A stretch of 64,000 nt of DNA from Amphiscolops sp. MND2022. Lineage: Eukaryota. Below are positions 23,196-32,292 of the stretch, one piece after another (within the stretch, counting starts at the first letter, position 1; each line of letters begins with the position of its first letter). The stretch spans positions 56,484,001 to 56,548,000 of the forward strand of contig OZ076409.1 of NCBI GenBank assembly GCA_964187785.1, in the 5' to 3' direction. The position numbers and the translations under genes are program-made. Below the pieces are notes generated by a model. That model saw only the letters and a program-made list of their open reading frames with translations. It was not told the origin of the DNA and searched no databases.

Positions 23196-26100
23196 ATGAC
23201 TTCTCCCCATCGAGTGGATCCTGGTGTGCAGAGTGGCAACGAGACGCAGTATGTGTTCTCAGAGGGGGACGTGTATCCGAGCGATGCTGATAATGTTGGT
23301 TTGGCAGGTGAGTTTGTCATTCCTTGGTCCATTAAGCTGTTGCGGATAATACTTTGCATAGATAGGCCTTTTCCATGCCCGTATTTCCACCGCTTAGATT
23401 TTCTGACGCGTCAAGACAACAGGAATGTGTGTTTTTAGTTCCTGCTACGACTGTTGTCGTCCCTTCGCCGGTTGTCCCACCTGAGGAACATGCTGTTGCG
23501 AGTGCTACTGTCCCTGCGAGTCCTGTGCCACCCGTTGAAGTTCCTGCGGTTGCCTTTGTTGTTTCTGAACCTCCTGCTCCTACTCCTGGAGTTACTGATG
23601 TCATCGTTCCTTTGATTGAGGTTGCCGATGTAACTGTTGGTGCTGCTGCCTCCTTGACTTGTGCCCCAACTCCTTCCCAACAAGACGACTCAGATGTGCC
23701 ACTTTCGTCTTTTCTTACGAAGTCAAAGAATACTGGGTTGTCTTCTCCTCGCGTAGGTGAGGACGTCTGCCCCCCGGCGAAGAAGAAAGGAGAATTGGTT
23801 GAGAAGACTGTTGCGGAAGAGGGAGCTGTCAAGAGTGCCATAGCTTCTCCCAATTTCTCTCGGTATCTGCCTGATTTTGCTGCTACTTTCGGTAGAATAG
23901 AATCGCCTTCGCCAGCAGCCCAAGGTGAGTTGTCTTTAGTTTGTTTTCTCTTTATATGATTGGGGGTTTGTGAAATTGGGTACGATGTCATTGGTTTGCT
24001 TTATTATTGTATGTGGGATTCGTCTGTTATTATAGTTGCACCTCCTACTCCAATTGTGTCATCTGGGAAACGACGTCGTACCGTCACTTTGGCGACTGTT
24101 GCGCAGTCACAGACCTTCCAGATCGAGAGTAGCGGGGGTGAAGAATCGCAGGCAGGGATCGCTGCCTATACTTCCCAGCAAGCTGCTTTGTTTGGTGAGG
24201 CAGTCGCTTCAGAATTGGAGACTCGGACTGTGGAGCCCTTCGTAACTAGTGAGTGAGATTTTCCTTTTGCTCTCTTTCTTCTTCCTCTCTTTTTTTTTTT
24301 TTTTTTTTTGAATTAGCTGTGTCATAGCATACGGTCGGGAAGTTTTGGGTGGTTTACCTGGTAGTGGTGAGTTGTTGAAGTTGATTGTTGTTGTTTTTGT
24401 TGTAGAGTTTGAAGAGTTAGTGACACGAGTAGAGGCAAGTCTCGAGAATGTGAGTCCGGCACGACGACGACCACCACGTCCCCAAAATGTGCGGAATCGT
24501 TTGCGTCGCAGTATGGTCAAAGATCACCCGATTTTTGAATTGTTTGTGACTGGATCGAGTTCCGGGGTTGAGACCGCTTTCTTCTGTACCCTCTGTCAAC
24601 GGGACGTCTCAATCGCGACCAAGGGCGTCCGTGAGATTAGTCGGCATTTTTCGAGTGACAAGCATTGGTTGTTGGATGCTACTTACCGTGTCCATCAAGG
24701 CTTGCAAGTTTATAACAAACTGCTTGATCCCATGGAGCTAAGTGACGCGCAGACGAAGGAGTATCTGTCTCGGCCATTTAAGGAGAAGCCTGAAGGTTTC
24801 AGCTTTCCGGAGGATCTCTTGCCTGCGTGCACCCGGGCTGATTCGAGTGTTCCCATCATGACGATGATCAACTGTCTTGTGGAGCTGCTTCGTAGTGGAG
24901 GTGACTATCTGTTGTTGAGGAAGTTGTGGGGCCATTTTCGCGCTACCCTTGGTACAGAGAACCCACTATACAATATGACTTGGAGTCGAGGAGAGTCTTT
25001 GGTGAGTTTCTGGCTAACGTTTCTGTGACGACTGTTGTTTTTCTGGTTTTCTTTCTTCCCCCATTTTCTTTGAATTCGTGGTATCTGTACTTAATCGTTC
25101 CTATTGTGTTTGGTAGTCGTTGCTGTGTCAGGGTCTGTTCCCTCGTGTTCTTCGTGCCCTGATTGCTCGGATTGGTGATTTCAAGAGCTACAGTGTCATC
25201 TTCACGGATCTGGGCAGTGAAAAACAGTGTCTTGTACGGACGTGGGAGAAGCATGTGATGCTGGAAGTGTGCATCGATGTACAGTCGGCGGGTCAGCGTG
25301 TTCCCCTCGCTGAGTTGAATTCCTTGTCTTGCATCCTGGGGAGCGTTCCTGGCGGACAACTGCCGATATCTGTGGAGGGTGTGAGTCCTTCGCTGCTGCG
25401 AGTGTTGAGCGACGTCCGCGAGGATGGTTGCCAGTTCATCCTCAGTCGCAATTTCACCGACGAAACCTTCCTCAGTTGTTATCGCCAGGCCCATCAGGAA
25501 GTGTTGGGCATGATGGAAGTCACCGCCATGGTCGACTATCTGATGCTGCGTTTGAGGGGTGCTTTGCGAGAACCGTGGCTGGAAGATACTGTCGTGCTCC
25601 GTCGTTGTGTTGTCGCTGGCCAAGTGTCTTTCCATGATCTCCGAGAAGTTGCCTCTGAACTGATTCCTGTGTGGAACTCTGTGAGGGAGTTCGTCCGTTA
25701 CACTGGGCCCCGTCACATTAAAAGCGAAACTGACATGGTTAGTAGTCCTGGTTTAATGGGTCTGCTTACTTGTTTGTGTGGTAATTTTCCTCTGTTTTCC
25801 TTTTTCGGTTTTCCCTTTTTTGAGCAATTGGGGTTTTATTGGCGCGAGAGTACACTGCTGTTGTTATGTTTTAGATGAGAGGCACTGACAGTCAGATTTA
25901 TTGTGATAATACAAATCGGCTGCGACTGGGGCTCCTTGTACATATGCTTGATCTTTGTAAGTGGACGTCGTTTCATCGTCGTACTTTGAGGTTGATGGTT
26001 AGTACATGGGTTTGTTGTTTAGATCGATGTACGTTCAAGAAGCAGCTATCTGGTCGTGAAGACTATGGTTTCCACTGTTACATGGAAATCTGCCAGTTTA

Positions 26101-27221
26101 TATACTGTTTGCTGTCTCGTACTCGCCTGCTTTCTGGGTTGCCTGATCTTCACGACTGGGAGGCTTACATGGATGTATCAAAAGTCGAGACATTCAAGAA
26201 GGTAGACACCGCTGATTTCCTGCTAAACCACAGTTTCGGAGAAGAATTGCAACGAGGCAAGACCGGTGAGATGCAGGAGTTCCGTAATCGTTGCCGGGAA
26301 TTTATGGACCGTCTGGTGGACGTACTGCTGGGGTCTAACCTTGTTGCGTCAGATTTCCTGCAGGGTGTTTATGCTTTCTGTCCCGAACTCCTGCTTGAAG
26401 GCGATGATCGTTACATCTTCCGCCTATTCAGTAAGTTGGTGCGAGTCTTGGAACGGAGCGGAGCTCTGAGCAGTGAGGAGGCTAAATCCGGCTCTGAAGA
26501 ATTTGTGACTTTTGTTGTGGACGCGCGACGCCGGCATACTGATGCTGAGAGGAGTGCTGAAGATATTGTGGATGTTGTGAGTTTTCTTCTAAATGATTAC
26601 AGTTTCTTGGCACGGAAGGATTTGTGCCGTATCCTGAAGTTGTGTTGCCTGGTCATGCGTCGTCCTGCCCCCGGTGGCCCTGAAGTGAGAGTCTCCCTAG
26701 ATGGTTGTGTCGTGCCCGCAGGAGTTGTTGCTTCCTGTCTGCGTGGAGTACAGAGTTATGTTCGAGGTCCTGATTTTAAACTGGGGTCCTTCTTTACCCA
26801 GCACACCATGGACTGTGTTCGTGATGCTCTTTCTGGTGCCCGAGATTTTATGACTGCTTCTTCAGATTTTGACCCCTGGAGGCGTATCTGTCTACTTGAT
26901 CGCGATGAGTTTGTTCGTCATTACAGCGAGTTGTTCGAGGCGCACATAAAGCGCAAGAAGGATGAGTCTTACCAACGATTCCGGACTGCTAATCAGCGTG
27001 TGCGTAGGAGTGCCACTGATGTCAACGTGTTTGCTGCGTCGTCTGGTGGTCGTTCCGGACGGGGGAGCTCGTCTGTTGCTGGAAGTGCTGCACTTAAAAC
27101 ACCGACTAAACGACCTGCTGTCCCGGCATCAAAAGAGTCCAAGAAGAATGAGTCGTCCGTCAAGAATAAGAAAAAATCCAAGAAACAGTCAGGCGACGCT
27201 TCTAGTTCGAAGAAGTGTTGA
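23196..27221 (+). CDS. Spliced antisense cargo gene of the Gypsy element, about 1115 aa; Pro/Val/Ala-rich N-terminus, C2H2/BED-like zinc finger, hAT-transposase-like C-terminal region, basic tail
   Basis: Predicted exons: 23196-23307, 23439-23924, 24036-24248, 24328-24366, 24406-25001, 25117-25737, 25875-25956, 26023-27221 (3348 nt). All introns are GT(G/T/A)AGT...TAG with matching phases (1,1,1,1,0,0,1). The motif CTLC-x16-H-x5-H lies at 24585-24665. The 39-nt and 66-nt introns are in frame and less certain. Confidence 0.82.
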
Positions 27222-27357
27222 ATTTGTTGAATTGAACTTTGTTTGATTGTTTGTGTGTTTTTATTGATTTTGTATAAGTATTCAGTTGTAGTATTATTAT
27301 GGAGTCATAGTAAAAGAAAAAGTTTGAAAGACTGTAGTAAGTCTAGAATTGAAATTG

Positions 27358-30300
27358 TCAGATCGGTTCGGTCTGGACTCCCGATGATACTTTTTGGTCT
27401 TCCATCATCGTAGTTATAGCGTCAAGTCGTCTGAAGTCAGGCTTAGCTTTAGGTTTAGGGTTGGGTCGCAAGTTGTACTTTGCTATTTTCCTCGGATTAT
27501 ACCCGACAGTTGTAGGCGGAGATATCGGGGGAATAGGCGGGCTTTCTGTGGGAGGGGGGCGACGTATGTATGGGTTATCCCCCACATCTGTTGTAAGGTT
27601 TGAAAAATCCGGAGACGGCGGCGCTGCGACGTCTGTATTTGCCATTTCTTGTATTTCTACGTTATGGTTGTTTCTTGTGTTTTCCGGCGATTCGTGTTCA
27701 TCAATCTGCTTTCCAAAATCCATTTCCCATGATACCGCATACCATTCATTGTGTGAGACTTTAACTTCTGGGTCAGGAAGGTAATCATTGGCTCGTACTG
27801 TGACGTCGGGCAAGCGTTGTTCCGTCACATAAGGTCGTATGCGAATTCTGTGTAGTGTTTGTGTATATCTTGTGCCAAGTTTTCGTATTGTGTAGTTGTT
27901 GTTCGAAAGCACTTTGATCACTACATACGGTCCTGTCCAGATGCAATCTTGAAACGCAAACTTTGTCGATTGATTGTCGGCTTTCGGGTTAAGTATGTAG
28001 CAGTAGTCATTGATTTTTAAGGGAGCTGCAGTCGCTTTGCGGTCGTAGTATTTTTTGTATTTGAGATAGGACAGCATGATGTTGTCTTTCGCCGTCGCCC
28101 TCACTTCGTCTATTTGTTTTTGGAGTTGTTCTGCTATATCCGAGTGGGGGGTGGTCTTCCACTTTGGCTTGATGCCTAATTTTAAATCGAGAACGTTGTA
28201 AGGTATACGTCCATGAAATACTGTAGATGGTTCGCAGCCCAGAGTTTCATGGTATGTTGTATTGTAATTCATTACTGCGATTTGGACATATTTGTGCCAC
28301 ATTGAGCGTCGTTCACCCGTTGATATTTTTAGGGCAGTTTTGATTGAAGCGTGCGTTCTTTCCAGAATTCCGATTGTTTGTGCATGCTTCGTAGATGCGT
28401 GGCTGATTTGAATTTCGAGTATTTGGGCTATTTCTGTGACGACTTCTGATCGAAATTGTGAGCCCTTGTCTGATAGGATTAGTGTTGGCAAGTATGCATG
28501 TCTTGTCATAACGTCGACAATGCATCGTCCGATTGTTTTCGCTGTGACATTCTGCGTTGGATATGCAAATAGATAACGCGAAAAGACATCAATCATCGTG
28601 ACAATGTTTTGGTATCCCGCAGAGTTTGGTAAATTCGGCAATATGTCTATTTCTAGGATATCTTCTGGTCCTAAGACATGTTCCGTATTGTTGATCATTT
28701 TTGGTCGGATTTGGCTGTTGTTGATTCGTTTGTATTTGATGCATTCTTCACATTGCATTACCCACTGTCTAATCTTCTTTGCTAATCCTGGGTAGTAGTA
28801 TTTTGATCGGCATTCTTGTATCATTTTTGTGATTCCTGGATGCTTCCCCATTTGTCCATGAATTGCTTTCAAGAGTTCTGTGATTAAATGTTCGGGGATT
28901 AGAATTTGATGGTGAGTGACTTGACCACATTCCCCGTAATATTTGCGCATTAGTACTCCATCTTTTACTATTAGTCTGTTTTCGTGGATTAGGAGGCGCT
29001 TGGCAGTCGGATCAGTCTGCAGAAGGTGTTTGTCGTATTCTTCACATATCAACTTCTTTTTGATTGCTTTGAAAACCAAATTCGAGTCTTGCTCGACTCT
29101 AATACGTGCATCTTCCTTTATTGCCCCAAAGGTATAAGATGCCTTGTTTATTGGGATTGGTGTGGTTTCTTTGATGGCTATTTTGATTTTTGTCGTCTCC
29201 TCGTCGCGTGCATTTTGTCTAGCTTGTTCTTTCTGCAGTAGAATTTCTTCTTCCGTTTCAATTGTTTCATCTGGGAGGAAGAAAAGTTGTTCCTCGTCTG
29301 CGACGTCCGTTGATTGGAGATTCACTTGAATGGGCTTGATAGTAATATCCTCTCTGATTTTTAGTTCAACTCTTTCTTTGGGATTGAGATCTATTCTTGA
29401 CAAAAAATCGGCTGCCGTGTTTTGCGTACCCGCGACGTGCATTATGTGGAAGTTGAATTGTAGTACGTAATCACATGCATTCCACAGAGTGGGCGGGATT
29501 GCTTTTGTTTGGAAGAAGCGGGTTACCGATCTGTTGTCGGTCATCACGAGGGTTGGTAGGGTTGTTTCCCATAGAATATGGCTGTATTCAAGGAAGGCGT
29601 GATAGATCGCTAGGAATTCCTTGCAGTAAATTGACATTTTGATTTGAGCCGGGGAGAACACCTTTGATCCGAATGCGACTGGTGCAAATGTCTTCTTTTT
29701 CGAATTGAGTTTTTTGTCGTTGTCTTCCTCAATCATTAGGGCGTAGCCAGAGGCTCGGAAGCTGGCGTCCGTCATTAGGACGTACTGTCGTCCCGTGATT
29801 GGCTGTTTGAGTGCTAAGCCGCAAGCTTGTGCCAATGCTGCGTTAATAGCTTTGTAATGGTCAAGTAGTTCTTCTGTGACCTTGATTTGTTTGTCTGCTT
29901 TCAGTAGTTCATAGAACCCGAGCAATTTCTCAGACAATCTCGGGATGTAGTTGCGATAATAATTGACGAAACCGATGTATCTTTGTACTTGTTTCTTGGA
30001 TTTTGGAAATCTCACGTTTGCTAGGAATTTTTGAATTTTATGGTCTTGCGGGGCGATTCCTTGTGGTGTGATCGTTCTTCCAAGAAATTCGACCTCGGTT
30101 ACTCCGAAATGGCATTTTTCGATGGTTAATTTGAGTCCTGCCCTTCTGATGCATTCAAAAACTGCTCGAATGTTGCGTATCAGTTGCGCCACGGAATTGG
30201 CCGCTATCCCGATATCGTCCACGTACTGTGCGCATTGATCAGCTTTGATTACTTTATCTAAGTATTCTCGCATGAAGCTTGAAAATGCCGACAGGGCTCT

Positions 30301-32292
30301 GCTCAATCCTTGTGCCAGACGTTTGTATGCGAACGTTCTGCTTGCAAAGTTGAAGGCTAGCATTTCGATTGATCTTTGGTCTGCCATCTGTAGGCAATGA
30401 TATGCCTGTGAGCAGTCTAGTTTGCAAAACAATTTTTTCCCAGCTAGATGTTGGGCTGCATCTGACAGGGTGCTGACTGGGTGGTTATTGTTGATGTAAT
30501 CGTCTGAGATTAATGCGTTTATTTTCCGCAGGTCGACAAGTAGACGCAGTTTGCCATTTGGTTTCCTCTGTGCGAAAATTGGGCTTGCATACTTTGAAAA
30601 TGGTAGGGTCGTTATTATGCCGTACCTGTGCATTAGCGCCAATTCGACTGTTAGGTCTTCTTTCAAATTGATTGGTACCGGCAAGCTTTGCGTGTAAATA
30701 GGACGGTCGTCTTTCGGAGTTAATTTGACTTTGAAGCTATTGTTGATTCCGATGTCAAGGCGATGGCGAGCAAAGATGTCATTGTATTCGACTATTGTTT
30801 GCTCAAGTTGTTGTCTGTCATTACCTTCGATTTGGGATCCTTCCCACTGGAACATGTCAAGGAATTTTTGTCTTGATTCTGGGTCTTTGGTTGGATCCAA
30901 GTTTTCCTTTTGGATGAGTTCACGGATTTCCTTCAAGATCCGACGTTGGATTGGCGTATGTTCTTCTTCGTTCCCTGGGTTCTCGGGTGTGGGGAACCAG
31001 AGGTTTTCATCGTTTTGTTCGTGTTCATTTGATTTCATAAGTTCGTTAATGTACATGTGTGTGTCATCGGGGTCTTCTAACAATTTGAGTGCGGCGGCGT
31101 CAACTGGTCGGATTTGTTTCGTGTCCTCAGGTTTGAGGATTTGTAGTTCTGCCAGTTTTGTGTGGTTCTTTATTGTATGTGGGAAATCCGTTAGATTGGC
31201 GATTCTGATGTTGAGCCTTTTGTTATGGGCTGTCGCCAGAGCTGGTGCAACAATGATTGTTGCTGTTTCATCGAATTGTGGTAGTGGTTGTACCGCACCA
31301 GTGACGTCATGCATGTTTGTGGTTATTACTATTGCGTTCACTGTTGTTGTTTGTTGGGGCGGTAGTGTTTGGTTTCCTTCTGCCATTATTTGGAGCGGTT
31401 TCGGGTTGCATTTTTTCATCTCGTCCGTCATGGCTAGCGTCATTTCGACGTGCGGGAAATTGATGGTTCCGTTGGCAGTGTCGATTACTGCTTGGTGATT
31501 TCTCATGAAGTTCAGTCCTATGATGGGGAATGACGTTTTCGATAGGATGACGAAGGTATCCGTGAAGGTATATGTTCCGATATTGAACTGGATGTCTGCT
31601 GTTGCTATTGGTTGTTCTAGTTGTGCGTTTGCGCATTCAATCTTGAAGGGAGGTTGAGGGTATTCTTTTATGACACAACTATCACTGTTCATTTTGATTG
31701 CGTTGTAGTCTGACCAGGACATGGCATTGATGAACGCACCTGAGTCGACAAGTCCGTCCATTGTTATTTCGCCGAATTCTAGTGGTAAGTACAGCATTCT
31801 CCTTCTGCTCTTGAGGACTATAGTGGAGTGGAGGGGTATATATGCTTCTCCATCCTTTTCGGCTACGTATTCCTTGATTGAGTTAAGTGACATTGGAAAA
31901 TTGTCTGGGGGTAGAAGTGTTTTGGTGGAGTCGTGGTTAACTCCTTCGTTTTGTTGTGACGCTGGGCGGTCGTCGGAGGCGCTTTCATTTTGTTCTACCT
32001 GGTTTGTAGCAGAGAATTCTCTATTGATGGGGGGTAAGCTGGTGGGACGATTTGCTTGTTGTTTAGGATTGTCCCTGTAGTCTTTGTCGTGAGTGTAGGT
32101 TTCTGCTGGTTCAGTTTGTGGATAGGGTCTTTTTATAGAAGCAAGTGCTTGTCGTCTTAGCCGATCTACCGTTGGTGTGTCGTTACACCCTTCTGTTGAG
32201 TCGTTTGTATAGGTGATGGGGGGATCTGTTGATGAGTACGCCCTCGCGGCTACGGTTTCCCCGAATCGCAGGCGCGGCGTATCTAGTTTTTT
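27358..32292 (-). CDS. pol: Gypsy Pol polyprotein (protease, RT, RNase H, integrase), probably translated as Gag-Pol by -1 frameshift
   Basis: Motifs LVDSGA (PR), YVDD (RT), LMTDAS (RH), H-x5-H...CEEC plus EIDIL/SDKGSQF/ILERTH (IN). The frame is open from the slippery site at 32286-32292 through the first Met (31893) to the stop at 27358. Confidence 0.96.
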   Translation of the reverse strand, partial: KKLDTPRLRFGETVAARAYSSTDPPITYTNDSTEGCNDTPTVDRLRRQALASIKRPYPQTEPAETYTHDKDYRDNPKQQANRPTSLPPINREFSATNQVEQNESASDDRPASQQNEGVNHDSTKTLLPPDNFPMSLNSIKEYVAEKDGEAYIPLHSTIVLKSRRRMLYLPLEFGEITMDGLVDSGAFINAMSWSDYNAIKMNSDSCVIKEYPQPPFKIECANAQLEQPIATADIQFNIGTYTFTDTFVILSKTSFPIIGLNFMRNHQAVIDTANGTINFPHVEMTLAMTDEMKKCNPKPLQIMAEGNQTLPPQQTTTVNAIVITTNMHDVTGAVQPLPQFDETATIIVAPALATAHNKRLNIRIANLTDFPHTIKNHTKLAELQILKPEDTKQIRPVDAAALKLLEDPDDTHMYINELMKSNEHEQNDENLWFPTPENPGNEEEHTPIQRRILKEIRELIQKENLDPTKDPESRQKFLDMFQWEGSQIEGNDRQQLEQTIVEYNDIFARHRLDIGINNSFKVKLTPKDDRPIYTQSLPVPINLKEDLTVELALMHRYGIITTLPFSKYASPIFAQRKPNGKLRLLVDLRKINALISDDYINNNHPVSTLSDAAQHLAGKKLFCKLDCSQAYHCLQMADQRSIEMLAFNFASRTFAYKRLAQGLSRALSAFSSFMREYLDKVIKADQCAQYVDDIGIAANSVAQLIRNIRAVFECIRRAGLKLTIEKCHFGVTEVEFLGRTITPQGIAPQDHKIQKFLANVRFPKSKKQVQRYIGFVNYYRNYIPRLSEKLLGFYELLKADKQIKVTEELLDHYKAINAALAQACGLALKQPITGRQYVLMTDASFRASGYALMIEEDNDKKLNSKKKTFAPVAFGSKVFSPAQIKMSIYCKEFLAIYHAFLEYSHILWETTLPTLVMTDNRSVTRFFQTKAIPPTLWNACDYVLQFNFHIMHVAGTQNTAADFLSRIDLNPKERVELKIREDITIKPIQVNLQSTDVADEEQLFFLPDETIETEEEILLQKEQARQNARDEETTKIKIAIKETTPIPINKASYTFGAIKEDARIRVEQDSNLVFKAIKKKLICEEYDKHLLQTDPTAKRLLIHENRLIVKDGVLMRKYYGECGQVTHHQILIPEHLITELLKAIHGQMGKHPGITKMIQECRSKYYYPGLAKKIRQWVMQCEECIKYKRINNSQIRPKMINNTEHVLGPEDILEIDILPNLPNSAGYQNIVTMIDVFSRYLFAYPTQNVTAKTIGRCIVDVMTRHAYLPTLILSDKGSQFRSEVVTEIAQILEIQISHASTKHAQTIGILERTHASIKTALKISTGERRSMWHKYVQIAVMNYNTTYHETLGCEPSTVFHGRIPYNVLDLKLGIKPKWKTTPHSDIAEQLQKQIDEVRATAKDNIMLSYLKYKKYYDRKATAAPLKINDYCYILNPKADNQSTKFAFQDCIWTGPYVVIKVLSNNNYTIRKLGTRYTQTLHRIRIRPYVTEQRLPDVTVRANDYLPDPEVKVSHNEWYAVSWEMDFGKQIDEHESPENTRNNHNVEIQEMANTDVAAPPSPDFSNLTTDVGDNPYIRRPPPTESPPIPPISPPTTVGYNPRKIAKYNLRPNPKPKAKPDFRRLDAITTMMEDQKVSSGVQTEPI
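32230..32292 (-). promoter_or_regulatory. Programmed -1 ribosomal frameshift signal
   Basis: A_AAA_AAC heptamer immediately before the gag TAG, followed by the GC-rich stem TACGCC-GCG-CCTGCG...CGTAG-CCGCG-A-GGGCGTA. pol is in the -1 frame relative to gag. Confidence 0.85.

Noticed and set aside
23332..25716. Minus-strand ORFs of 219 aa and 257 aa as possible env genes
   Set aside because: They are antisense shadows of the spliced plus-strand gene and show no signal peptide, TM segment or furin site.
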